From Macrostomum lignano (lineage: Eukaryota): a stretch of DNA of 64,000 nucleotides. Below the pieces are notes generated by a model. The model was not told the DNA's origin. It saw only the letters and a program-made list of their open reading frames with translations, and made no database searches. Below are positions 1 through 12,700 of this stretch, in pieces. The position numbers and the translations under genes were made by a program. The stretch spans positions 2,170,001 to 2,234,000 of the forward strand of contig NIVC01000010.1 of NCBI GenBank assembly GCA_002269645.1, read 5' to 3'. How positions within the stretch are numbered: the first letter of the stretch is position 1; every line of letters begins with the position of its first letter.

Positions 1-370
1 ACATATGTATATGTCTATCAGTGACTAATTACATGCAAGGCTCCGCAAATAATAAACAAGTTAATAAATCCAAATATTAATCTAAGAAAAAGCAGAAAGA
101 TAAACAAGGAAACAAATTTTCTTGAATTTGAATACTATTTCATTTGCTAATCTGGGCAACGATTTAGACTTCATGTATTTCATTACATTCAAGCAACACA
201 AACAATAAGCGTGTAAATAAATAAATTTTTCGGGACAATTCAATTATTAAAGGCGTGTTGAGACACGCAATAATTTAATTAATACTAATGTAAATTAATT
301 AGCAAAAAGCAATTGAATAATCGACAATAATTACTACTGTAAGTACCAACCAGAATGCAAACTCGAATTA

Positions 371-674
371 GGCTGGTTTTCGCCGAGGCAGATTCAATGT
401 TTATCTTTTGATATGTTGTGCCTTTCTAATAGCTCTATTGATATTCATAAAGGTTGTCGTTCAGAAAACTACGATTCTATAACAATTTTTTATTCTATGT
501 GCATTCCCTACGATCATAATCGAAAAGCTTCAAGAATATCAATAAACGATAAAAAGTACAACATATCAGAAGATGAACACTGGGTCTGTCTCCTATCAAA
601 AGCAATAACAATTTTAATAAGAAAAAAATGAACACTTCCTATCTCTGTAGTGTATTTTTCGGCGAAGACCAGCC
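371..674. mobile_element. MITE, PIF/Harbinger-like
   Basis: 16-bp terminal inverted repeats GGCTGGTTTTCGCCGA / TCGGCGAAGACCAGCC with 1 mismatch. Flanks are TTA and TCA, resembling a 3-bp TWA TSD. Confidence 0.55.
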
Positions 675-1049
675 TCATAATAAACAATTTCTAAGAAACA
701 GTTTCCAGTCCTTCTATACTTGGAGTAGTCCTTGATCAAAGCTTGCTTGAAACAAAAAAACACAAATGAATCAATTAATTACTAATCAATAAGGTAATCA
801 ATAAGGTAACCTAATCAGGTAATCAAGAACCAATTTAGCAGCAATTAGCAGGTCATTTAGTCGGATTTTTATACCAATTACTTTATAAAGCTTCAAAACC
901 CTTTCTGTTAAATAAATTCTTTTAAAGAAAATTGTTTATTTAATCAGCGCGCTTCTGTCAGGCTGTCAATCAATGAGTCGCGATCGCATCAGACCGTGTC
1001 AAGACAAACAGAAAAAATTCAGCTAGAGGCAGTTGCACAACGGTCAGCA

Positions 1050-2938
1050 CTACAAAACGTAGGTACTCTTGGCCATGCTGGAGCTCTTCTGCTCCTGATC
1101 CGTGTGAGTCTGGTAGGCAATCTGGATATTGTCGGGTATCTTCAGCGCCTCCTTCAGCCTCTGCCCGATGTTCACACACGAGTCGCGCTTATCGGCTGTC
1201 CGAGTCCACACGGACAGCTTGTCCTGTTTGGCTCGGATTTGAACAATCGCTCCGCAGACTTCGTCAGAATCTTCGTCGAAACCTTCGCCGATAAGCAGCA
1301 GCAGAGTCTCAATCCAGAAGCTGTCCATGCTGTGGTTGCGCTTGTTCTTATCCAGGGTGATCAGCCAACGGCCGCCGTTCACGTTGCCGGGATCCTCCCA
1401 CATGGGGTTGATGCCGTGCTTGAACAGGGAGTAGTCACAGCCAACCGGCAGCTTACTAGCTGGCTGAATGTGATTAAACAGAGCCCAGAAGTCTTCTACA
1501 AAACTGAAGCTGGTCACTTCTTTTTGATTTTCGTTCCACGATTTCTGGCGATCGTTTTTGAAGAACCAGAGAGTCCAGCTGCGAGTTGATTAGGGGATTA
1601 TGACTGTCAGAGACATAATAAAATGGTTTCCAGGGCCATCTAAAGGGTTGTCAAGGATACTTAAACTGTTGTCAGGGGCATTAAAATAGTTGCTAACGTC
1701 ACCTATACGGTTGTCAGGGATATCAAAATGGTTGCTAAGGTCCCCAAAGCGGTTGTCAGGGGCATCAAAATAGTTGCTAACGTCACCAATACGGTTGTCA
1801 GGGACATCAAAATGGTTGCTGAGGTCCCCAATACGGTTTTCAGGGCCATCAAAATGGTTGCTAAGGCAACTCATACGGTTGTCAGGGCCATCAAAATGGT
1901 TGCTAAGGCAACTCATACGGTTGTCAGGGCCATCAAAATGGTTGCTAATGCCACTCATACGGTTGTCAGGGACATCAAAATAGCTACTTTAGCAACAATT
2001 TTTACTAAATATATGCTGCTGTTATTCGAAAAAATGACAATTTTTTACACCCTTTCTTAGCTAGAATATAAATTGCCTTAAAGAGCTTAGTAAAGAAAAA
2101 AGAAACCAGGAAAGGATGATAGGGGCAATAGAAGCGTTTGCCAGAAGCGCTTTGCATCGGGTTATCCGCCAGACAGACAATATTCAAGGCAGCAGGCATT
2201 AGCGCGCATACTCCACTCCCTCACCTCTGAATTCTAAGGCATGCAGAAGCCGCGTACAAATCTCATTTGACCTTTTCATTCATTCAGGAATTCGGATTTG
2301 CACTTTTATTTTAGCCAGTAAAGAAGAGAGAAACAACGCTAAAATCTTTCTCTCTCTCTCTCTGCACCAGAAGGGGCCAAAGATGGTAAACCTGATATTT
2401 CTGCGAGTGCCGAAAAAAACACACAACAAAATTGTCAAGATTGTTCGGTTGCGTACAGGTAAAAACATATAGAATGTAGATCAGTCAGCAAAAATAATAA
2501 TCGACTTTTATTGCCTGGTTTGTGATCCTGGATCGAAGCTCGCGATGCTCAATTAAAAACCGAAATCAAATAAAATAGCTAACATCTCTACCCTATCCTT
2601 TACACTGCTGAGCCTCTTAGACCCACAGAAGTTGCAGAAATCTGCAGACTCCATGCTTCTAATTTGACTACTAATAGAAGTTTTAAAATCCTAAGAATAC
2701 TAACAATGCGGCCCAGGCTCGATTCCAAGTGCAGTCACATTAATTTGGAGTTGATGAGACACACTATGACAGAGTTATTGTATTACACTAACCGGTTATG
2801 AAGTGGGTGCTTCTGCGGGTCGCCAATAGCAACGGCAGATTCTTCGCCATTCATCTCAGCTTCAGCAGCGGCGGCGGCTGCAGCAGATTCCATAGGCATT
2901 CGCGGTGCCACTTCGGATAGTCCAGCTGCAGATGTCAT
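1050..2938 (-). CDS. eIF4E: Eukaryotic translation initiation factor 4E, class I (2 coding exons, about 224 aa)
   Basis: Exon 1 is 2938-2793 (MTSAAGLSEVAPRMPMESAAAAAAAEAEMNGEESAVAIGDPQKHPLHN-R, donor GTTAGT). Exon 2 is 1578-1050 (acceptor CAG), and the phase-2 join gives KHPLHNRWTLWFF. All 8 conserved Trp are present (HPLxxxWxLW, KSW, EDFW, PMWED, GGRW, FW, SVW). AATAAA on the minus strand at about 936-941. The ORF track starts it at an internal GTG. Confidence 0.95.
1620..1990. repeat. 42-nt minisatellite in the eIF4E intron
   Basis: Unit CAAAATGGTTGCTAAGGCAACTCATACGGTTGTCAGGGCCAT, about 9 copies. It explains the repetitive ORFs at 1590-2060. Confidence 0.9.
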
Positions 2939-3509
2939 TCTGGTTATACAGTAGCAATGCTTTTGAATTAGACAAAATCGAGCTGAAAGATGAAAAGCAG
3001 GAAGCTATGTACTAAAATATCTCTAAGGAAAGAACTAACAATACCGCCTTGAAATTTCATGTCTTACCTAATGAAGCATTTTAAAAAAGCATAGTTAAGA
3101 TGACACTTTTATGAGTACTCGTATTAAGTACAAAAGTACAAAACTTATAAGTATGCTATTAACTGATACTAGCACCTTAGATTTTGTTGGTAACAAATCA
3201 CTACATTTGCACATTGACTGACTCTTAAGATATGCCTTGCCATGCTGATTTATTTATCATTTAAACCACTTTAAAGCTCACTTTCAGGGAGGTTATTGAC
3301 ATAGATTTTATTTTGCGGGATTTAATCAATCACTTTCCCTGACATATTGCAAGGATTATTGTATGTATCTAAATAAGCGAGCTTCTCTCTTCTCTTCCTT
3401 CGTGACTCGAGAAATTTCTTAATGAAATTTTGTCTATGGTAAGAATGTACATACAAGTATGGCTCCGGGATTTATCTGAATACATCCCGCAAAATTAAAG
3501 TAGTTTAAA

Positions 3510-3648
3510 TAAGATATTCTATGGGTTTTTTGGTCGGTATTTCACTTAAATCCCGAGAGCCTTCGGGATTTAAGTGAATCGGTTCTAAATAAGCCTTCGG
3601 CTCTTGGGATTTAATCACATACCGACCTCAAACCCATAGAATATCTTA
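3510..3648. mobile_element. Short foldback/MITE element
   Basis: About 30-bp TIRs TAAGATATTCTATGGG...GGTCGGTAT / ATACCGACC...CCCATAGAATATCTTA with TA ends. Internal perfect 16-bp hairpin TTCACTTAAATCCCGA-gagcct-TCGGGATTTAAGTGAA. Confidence 0.7.
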
Positions 3649-4216
3649 TACATAATTTTAAGCATATTTGTTACTATTTATTTTTGACATGATTAATTAC
3701 TTTCTATTAGTTTGTTTATAGATACTTACTTAATATAGCAAGTAAGAAACAAACCTAACTTTGATAGACTTTGTTTAGTCAATGTAGCCCAAAAAGAATA
3801 TGCAATGCATTTAATTTTTTTAGTAGAACACAGTTACCAATACCAACTACAAAATTGACAAAGATAAAATATAAACCTTTTAAATAGTTTAAACTTCCCA
3901 GAAATTCATCACAGCTTAAGTCTTCAGTTGTTTATGCTCTCAAAAGACTAATCTATGGAAAGGATAGAATAAAAATTGGGATAGGGCCAAAGGCAATTAG
4001 TGTTATTTTACATGGCTAAAAGACTTAGTTTTCCTGAAAATTGCAACTAGTTACCTCTGTTTGTAACTTAGCTGCATCTGCTTGCAACTTAGTTGCCTCT
4101 AGCTACAACATGGTCTCTGTTTTATATTTTTTCTTTTATATATTCTTTTTTTCATTTTTGATTAGCATTTTGGTATCTTATCTTGGCTAGATCTCTTGCC
4201 ACCTAGCTAAATTGGC

Positions 4217-4745
4217 CATAGGTGTAGGAACACTTCAAAAAGTAGGGGGCCAGGTTCAGTGACAGATTTAGGAAGGAGGGGGCATAGGGCATATACCCCC
4301 ATTGAGTTAGATTTTTTTATATGGAAAAGGCACATTATTATATATCAATTATTTTCCAAATCCATATTTTTAGCACTTATTTTATAAAGTGCCACAACCA
4401 CTCATTTTAGTGCTGCAAACACTCATTTTTGGTGCCATAGGCACCCATTTTAGCGCTGCAGGCACTCATTTTAGCGCCACAAGCACTCATTTTGGCACCA
4501 CAAGCACTTATTTTAGTGTTGCAGATACTCATTTTGGTGCCATAAGCACTTATTATGGTGCTGCAGGTGCTGTTTTGTCACCCTGCAGCAAAATTCAGTC
4601 ATGCAAAGCAGAAAAAACAAAAATAAGCAAGAAGTCTACATTTTACATTTAAAATGTTGAGGGGCCAGATACCATTATTGCCTCTCCCCATTTAAAGTAG
4701 GAGGGCCATGGCCCCACTAGCCCCTCTCTCATTCCTACGCCTATG
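4217..4745. mobile_element. Non-autonomous DNA transposon (P- or hAT-like MITE)
   Basis: TIRs CATAGGTGTAGGAA / TTCCTACGCCTATG. Perfect 8-bp TSD AAATTGGC at 4209-4216 and 4746-4753. It contains a short 21-nt repeat tract at about 4390-4570. Confidence 0.85.
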
Positions 4746-5108
4746 AAATTGGCTAGGTTGGCTAAGTTTTAGGCATGTAATGCTAGGTCTAACTATGCCA
4801 AACCAAAAAAGAGAATCATAGGCCTAGACAAGCATAAATATTATAATTATAGTACAGTTTCAAAAATTATCTATTTTGGTATAATAATAATTATTTATTA
4901 CTGTTAAGACTCTAATTCACTTATATATTTTATTAGGCCTAGTTTTTTTTCTACCTATATCTAAACTAGCTAGGCTAGCTAGCTAGGTTTAATACATATC
5001 TCCTGGGTCCATTATAAAAGTATTGCTGGTATTACTATTAGGCCCTAAGCCTTTTTTCTTGGTTTTAGTACTATAAATTATTAATAATAACTAATCATAT
5101 TATAGTTG

Positions 5109-5468
5109 GGGGCTGTAGCCCAGTGGTAGCGCAGCTGCTCTGGTGTGCCATGACCCAGGCTTGATTCCAAGTGCAGCCACATTAATTTGGGGCTGGATTG
5201 GAATCTTGGCTTGGCTCGCTTGTGCAATTAACGGCCTTGAGAGCCAACCCCCCCAAGGCGCAGTGAAGTGTACATGCCTAACAATTGATAAAAGTTAGGG
5301 CCGCTATACACTCCTGTGTGAGTGTGCGCCTGCGTAACATATCCACGCGCTTGTATGCCTGCTCAGGGGAGTTGGCAGAATGGGCAGTAATGCCTCTTGC
5401 CGGTTGTGTGCCAATGACGCTTAAATTGCGCCAGGGTGCACACAACCCCCCTGCCTTTAATAAAAAAA
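5109..5468 (+). mobile_element. tRNA-derived SINE, family A
   Basis: tRNA-Ala-like head GGGGCTGTAGCCCAGTGGTAG (A box) and GGCTTGATTCC (degenerate B box), A-rich tail. Homologous copy at 13380-13640 (minus strand), fragment at about 2705-2755, diverged relative at about 59690-59870. Confidence 0.85.
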
Positions 5469-7051
5469 TCATATTATAGTCTAGGCCTATTGCACATTGT
5501 ATTATATAATTAGAAAGAATACAAATATAAATATAGGCCCTAAATAAATTTCAAAATGCTTTTTAAAATATATTTTATCATTTATATAAATAAAAGTCAA
5601 ATATATTTGAACTTGTAATTTCAATTAATATATTATATTATATATATGGTTTTCATGCATTTTGGTGCCTATCAATCCTCGATTTGTTCTTTAAAACAAA
5701 TTCATTGAAAAAAATTAATTTGGAAGACAAAAAATAAACTTGTTCAGTTATTTGTAATTGCCTTCGATTAAATCTAGAATAGGCCCCTAACATGATTGAC
5801 TTTTAGCTTCATTCCATGTATTTGTTAAGCTGGGACCGAAAAACAAAATGAGGTACCGAAAAGCAAACTGGGGCACCGAAAAGCACAAGCACCAAAAAGC
5901 ATGGATACCATATATATTATGATTGCTATTTGTATTTGTTGCCATTTTTTATTATTATTGCCCTTTTGTAGTTTTGAACAGTTCCCTGCTATATTCTATA
6001 GGCCCTATGCATTGCTAGAATTAAAAACAAACCACATAGGCCTATGACTGTCAGATCTGCTAGTGCTAGGCCTAGGCCTATGCCTTTCCCATGGACTTAT
6101 GTTAAATTAAAGTTAGGCCTAAAACTATAGGCCTAGGCCTAATACAATGGAGCCCTTGAACTCCCTTGAAACTGAAAGGTTGCAATTTTTGAACCAGTAC
6201 AATGTAGTATGTACAATTGGCATCCTGTACTTTCATTCAAACTTTAGCACCAACACGAACTGAAAGATAAAGCTAGCTTACTTTAGGCCTAACAGCAACA
6301 GCCCTTAGGCCCTAGGGTCTACCTACATCTAGAATAGGCCTACATGTTACATGAATTGTGCGAATGTGCGCGTTTTACTTGGGTACATCTAAAGAAACGA
6401 TAATACATGTACAAATCAGACTAAATGTAAACTAAACTCTGTATTTAGAGTTTTGAGTGCTACAACTTGATACTGTATGTATCTTGAATTGTAGGCCTAC
6501 GCCTGAAAATTTTCATTGTAGACGAAATGACTCCATGAATATTAGCAGACGTCAGACGAAAGGGTGGCAGACGAAACGTACTACGTACTACGTAGCAGAC
6601 GAAATCACTGTCAACCATTAGGTGAGACGATATATTCATTCATTTGATATAGTCATTTAATCTTGAAGAAATTTTGAAATACATTTTCTGACGTGTGCTC
6701 TTGGCCAAAAAACACAATAACTTGATCTTGAAGGCGTTGAAGCCAGGGCAATATGAATAATAATGATTATTTCGAACAAAATGCAGATTTTGCAAAATTT
6801 AAAAATTAGTAAATGTATTTAGGAATCCTTTTAAAGAAACAATATAAAAATATGTTTAAATTTGAACATGTTAGCATAAGATTTTGTCGCTCAAAATTAC
6901 CTATTTTATTGTCTGTCTCGTTGTTTGATTCCTTATATATTTACTTTATTTTTCTGGCCACGAATTTGACACGATTGGTTTCAAAACATTTTTAAATAAA
7001 TTCTCTTTCAGTATTTTTAGTCATATCAGTAACATCTTTTCATCCTTGTGA

Positions 7052-7108
7052 GTCAAAAGTCAAAAGTCAAAAGTCAAAAGTCAAAAGTCAAAAGTCAAAA
7101 GTCAAAAG
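7052..7108. repeat. (GTCAAAA)n 7-nt tandem repeat
   Basis: About 8 direct copies. Confidence 0.9.
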
Positions 7109-8315
7109 TTGGAATAAATAGGCTCTAATATAATTTACTAATATTAAATCCGTATTTATAATATTTAATATTTTATACTGACGTCTGAACGAAGTACTCA
7201 ATGTTATTATTATTATTTTCAAAGTAGGTAGTACTGTAGTAGTAGGTGCTAGGCCTAGGGGTAGGGCTAGGTAAGGACTAAGGAGTCTATTATACCTTGT
7301 CTCTTCTCTCTATCTAATTTCTATGCCCAATGCCCTACGGACTGGGTGACCTAATTCATAGGCAGTCAGAGGCTAGAGGGGACAAGGGGTAACCACCCAC
7401 CCCACATTTGGCAGAGACATTAAAAAAATAAAAGGCAAGATGCCAGGGTCTAATCTAAGTGCATGTGTTGCCAAGGTACAGGCCCATCTGGCCATTCCAT
7501 TTACCCAGAATATGCCAATGGCTTATTCTTTGTTTGATAAATTTCTAGCTACACTAGGGCCTACTATCATATCAGTGTTGGCATAAAAAGACTACAAGCT
7601 GCTATTTCTAAGGCTATGGCTAAATCACTCCTCATACCACTAACAAATAAAACATTTTTATAGTCATTCATTTGTACTGATTTTTGTCACTATGTAGGGC
7701 CATAGTGCCTATCAGTTGAAAATTGATAATAATAATATATAAAAATATTTTTTAACTAGGCCTAAGCTACAACTACAACTACAACATTTTAACTTTAGGC
7801 TTGTGCTTAAAGTCAATATACTTAGCTTTGTGCCTTTTATAATATAAATTACTATTTTTTATATTACATTAGACCTAGGCTATTGCCCCTAAATTAATTA
7901 AATTATTTAGATCAAGCTGAAGCAGATAGATATTGTAATAGGTGTTATTCCTCTGTCTTTATGAACAATCCCACTATTGCCACCAAGTTGTTCCAGGTGT
8001 TCCCGTATGATACAAAATCCTACCGCTGTAACCAAGTTGTTACAGACCTTTTGGCTCTCTATAAGAATTTCACCGTTATGCCACCAAAGTTGTACTAGGT
8101 GTGTTTCCTGTGCACTGAGAATCCTACTAAATGCCACCAAAGTTGTAACAGGGGTGATTCTTTCTTCTTAATAATAATTTCACACTGTCACCAAAAGCTA
8201 TTACAGGGCTAATTTACTAATCTCTTAAGTTGGTAGCTGCCACCAGGATTATCCTATTAATAAATTGTGAGTTTATCAATCTTAGAATAATCCGAGAAAT
8301 GTTTCTTAGAATTGA

Positions 8316-8395
8316 TCTGAGTATTTAGTCTGAGTATTTAGTCTGAGTATTTAGTCTGAGTATTTAGTCTGAGTATTTAGTCTGAGTATTAGTCT
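8316..8395. repeat. 13-nt tandem repeat (TCTGAGTATTTAG)n
   Basis: About 6 direct copies. Confidence 0.9.
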
Positions 8396-9557
8396 TAGAA
8401 AAACTGTTAGCCCTGAAAGATTTCACTCTTCTGATTATTCTGGTAGCGTTCTATTATTCTGGTAGCGTTCTATCTAATAATGGCCTGAGCGGTATTTTGG
8501 CTTACTGGTATATGTATTTCATGTACTTTGCAAGTCCTTGGGCGTTACCGAGATCAGAGGGTCACAGCCTCCGGTTATTCTTACACGTATCACTTCAGAT
8601 CTACTTCGCAACTTCTTACTACTCAACACTTTCCTTCTCAGTAGTATATACGGTACACACTTCCGTCTACTTCACTCTTTCTTAATCTTAAAGAATTAAC
8701 ACAGAAAACACTTCTTCAATTCTTATTTTCTCGGAACTCTTACTATTCGTTATCAATTACTTATTGAACCGCGATGCGCGAGGTTGGTCTCTCTTCCGCC
8801 GAAAAAGCTTCTATTTATACTAAAATTTGCTACAGTTTTAAACAAAAATTCGTTAGTGCAAAATATTATAGAAAATACGAGTATTAAAACAAAATATGTT
8901 TCTTAGTTTTGGCATGAATTCAAATTGACTAAATGGTGACTATTTTATAAAGAAATCGGAAGGGGCCCTGCACAATATCTATATATTTATTTGTATTTGT
9001 ATGTATATATTGGTATATATGTATTATAGCATATATAGTATCTATATGTAACTATGTTATTTATGTCTAATGTTCAAAACTGATTATATGATTATATGAT
9101 TTCTAATTAAATGTTATAGTTTTTCCTATCTATTGTAAAATCAAAACTAAGTTGCTAGGTCCTAGCTATATCATTATAAACATTATTTTATTAACTTTTT
9201 ATTTGTATTTATCCCTCTTATAATTAGCATACAATAAACTATAATAAAGATCATTATTTTTGTTTTGTTCAAATAAATATTGATTATAATCATATATGAA
9301 CTAATAAATCTTACATGATACTAAATATTTATTTTTATATTGTTAACTAATATAAATCTTGGATCCATTTTAGACTAATTGGCTCATTTTTTCTTTTAGT
9401 AGTAGTTTATTTACAAAAAACTTTAAGACTAAGTATATAGCATATTTGATTAGGCCTATATTTTAGGCCTATATATAAATTATCTAAAATATAATAGTCT
9501 TTACAATAATTATTTTTCCTTTTCAGAGCTCAGCATCTTAATATCAAAGTACCAAAG

Positions 9558-9684
9558 ATGATGAGCAAGGTGTTAAGCATATTGTCACTGCCAATATTCT
9601 TTACTCTTATCTATCTGATTTCTAATGGTAGCAGGTGAGTTAATGTACAATATATAATATATTGTATAATTTCTAAGGCTCCTA

Positions 9685-9724
<40 letters not shown>

Positions 9725-12700
9725 TTATTAGACATTTTCTCTTGAACCTACCCTAATAGGCAGCTATGCAAACAATAGCTTAGCAGTAGCTATTATGCAA
9801 TATATCTGAAGGCTGTGTACAGCTGTTCAGTCCAAGGACTAGGAGGGGTCACCATACCCACCCCCATTATCCCAACTTATGATGGCACCCATTTTACAGC
9901 TGGGTATAGGGGCATTGCTATGGGTTTTATGATAGAGGAAAAAAGGCAAGAATTCAACATGTATACTATTTTTAGAATCAGTGTTGTCAGCACTCATTTT
10001 TGCACTGCAGGCACTCATTTGGTACCACAGGCACTCATTTTAGCACTACAGGCGCATTTTAATGCTGCATTCATAAATTTTTGCACTGCAGGCTCTTTTG
10101 ACATTTCATTCACTCATTTTAGCACTGCAGGCTCTTTTTGACACTTCATTCACACATTTTAGCACTGCAGGCTCTTTTGGCGCTTCATTCACTCATTTTA
10201 GCATTGCAGGCTCTTTTTGGCGCTTCATTCACACATTTTAGCACTGCAGGCTCTTTTGGCGCTTCATTCACACATTTTAGCACTGCAGGCTCTTTTGGCG
10301 CTTCATTCACACATTTTAGCACTGCAGGCTCTTTTTGGCGCTTCATTCACACATTTTAGCACTGCAGGCACTCATTTGGTACCACAGGCACTCATTTTAG
10401 CACTACAGGCTCTTTTTGGCGCCACAGGCACTCATTTTGGTGCCACAGGCTTTCATTTTGGTGCCGCAGGCTTTTATTTTGGTGCCACAGGCTTTCATTT
10501 TGGCGCCACAGGCACTCATTTTGGTGCCACAGGCACTCATTTTAGCACTACAGGCTCTTTTTAGTGCCACAGGCACTCATTTTAGCACTACAGGCTCTTT
10601 TTGGCGCCACAGGCACTCATTTTGGTGCCACAGGCTTTCATTTTGGTGCCACAGGCACTCATTTTGGTGCCACAGGCTTTCATTTTGGCGCCACAGGCAC
10701 TCATTTTGGTGCCACAGGCACTCATTTTAGCACTACAGGCTCTTTTTGGCGCCACAGGCACTCATTTTGGTGCCACAGGCACTCATTTTGGTGCCACAGG
10801 CTTTCATTTTGGCGCCACAGGCACTCATTTTGGCGCCACAGGCACTCATTTTGGTGCCACAGGCACTCATTTTAGCACTACAGGCTCTTTTTGGCGCCAC
10901 AGGCTTTCATTTTGGTGCCGCAGGCTTTTATTTTGGTGCCGCAGGCTTTTATTTTGGTGCCACAGGCTTTCATTTTGGCGCCACAGGCTTTCATTTTGGC
11001 GCCACAGGCTTTTATTTTGGTGCCACAGGCTTTCATTTTGGTGCCACAGGCATTCATTTTGGCGCCACAGGCACTCATTTTAGCACTGTAGGCTCTTTTT
11101 GGCGCCACAGGCACTCATTTTGGTGCCACAGGCACTCATTCTGGCACTGTAGGCTCTTTTTGGCGCCACAGGCACTCATTTTGGTGCCACAGGCACTCAT
11201 TTTAGCACTGTAGGCTCTTTTTGGCGCCACAGGCACTCATTTTGGCGCCACAGGCACTCATTTTGGTGCCACAGGCTTTCATTTTGGTGCCACAGGCTTT
11301 CATTTTGGCGCCACAGGCACTCATTTTAGCACTACAGGCTCTTTTTGGCGCCACAGGCACTCATTTTGGTGCCACAGGCTTTCATTTTGGTGCCACAGGC
11401 ACTCATTTTGGTGCCACAGGCACTCATTTTGGTGCCACAGGCTTTCATTTTGGCGCCACAGGCACTCATTTTAGCACTACAGGCTCTTTTTGGCGCCACA
11501 GGCACTCATTTTGGTGCCACAGGCTTTCATTTTGGTGCCACAGGCACTCATTTTGGTGCCACAGGCACTCATTTTGGTGCCACAGGCACTCATTTTGGTG
11601 CCACAGGCTTTCATTTTGGCGCCACAGGCACTCATTTTAGCACTACAGGCTCTTTTTGGCGCCACAGGCTTTCATTTTGGCGCCACAGGCACTCATTTTG
11701 GTGCCACAGGCACTCATTTTAGCACTACAGGCTCTTTTTAGTGCCACTGGCTTTCATTTTGGTGCCGCAGGCTTTTATTTTGGTGCCGCAGGCACTCATT
11801 TTGGTGCCACAGGCTTTCATTTTGGTGCCACAGGCACTCATTTTGGTGCCACAGGCTTTCATTTTGGCGCCACAGGCACTCATTTTGGTGCCACAGGCAC
11901 TCATTTTAGCACTACAGGCTCTTTTTGGCGCCACAGGCACTCATTTTAGCACTACAGGCTCTTTTTTGCGCCACAGGCACTCATTTTGGTGCCACAGGCT
12001 TTCATTTTGGTGCCACAGGCACTCATTTTGGTGCCACAGGCTTTCATTTTGGTGCCACAGGCTTTCATTTTGGCGCCACAGGCACTCATTTTAGCACTAC
12101 AGGCTCTTTTTGGCGCCACAGGCACTCATTTTGGTGCCACAGGCACTCATTTTGGTGCCACAGGCACTCCTTTTGGTGCCACAGGCTTTCATTTTGGTGC
12201 CGCAGGCACTATATTTTGTTTCCATGAAGCAAATTTGTTGATTTCCATAACGGGTCACTAGGTTGGGTAGTGGGACAAAGCATTGGCATGTCCCCATAGC
12301 TTTTACTTGAGGGGAGGGATATTGTCCCCAGGTGGCAACGCCCCTGGCTGAGTGACCTGAATAAATACAGCGTTAAACGACTTGCTCAAATACACAAATT
12401 GCTTCAAGTGAGTAGAGAATCGAACCCCCGACCTTTCAGGCTACGAACCCCTATTAGTCTATTAATCATGCATGTCTGTTGTGGCCCGAAGGAATAGTGA
12501 ACAACCTTAGTGTCTACAAGTATATAATGTAAACCCTGTCACATGTCAGGTTTCACTAAAATTTTACTGTTTCCTACTTACAGGTACTTTCTGACGTCGG
12601 ACATATCGCATGTGTCCCAGCTAGTTAAAGTAATCTTAATTGGTTTTGTTGCCATGCCAATCGCCGCCTTTCTGATTGGCTATTTTCCTGAAAATCTGCG

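Larger units (their letters stand above)
9805..12450 (-). mobile_element. CORE-type tRNA SINE (family B) split by a DNA transposon insertion
   Basis: 9805-9906 matches the 3' half and 12347-12450 the 5' half of the intact copies at 33455-33675 and 35481-35706. Confidence 0.7.

Noticed and set aside
996-1589. 197-aa plus-strand ORF
   Set aside because: It is the antisense shadow of the eIF4E exon. The same applies to 29076-29531 and 30179-30503 (NAP1), the short plus-strand ORFs over the iGluR, and 63746-64000 (APE).
5109-5185. tRNA-Ala gene
   Set aside because: The anticodon and T arms are degenerate and the sequence continues into a dispersed body with an A-tail, so it is a SINE head.
10138-12297. 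Many overlapping 60-160 aa ORFs
   Set aside because: They are products of the 21-nt array, with frequent frameshifts and no unique sequence.
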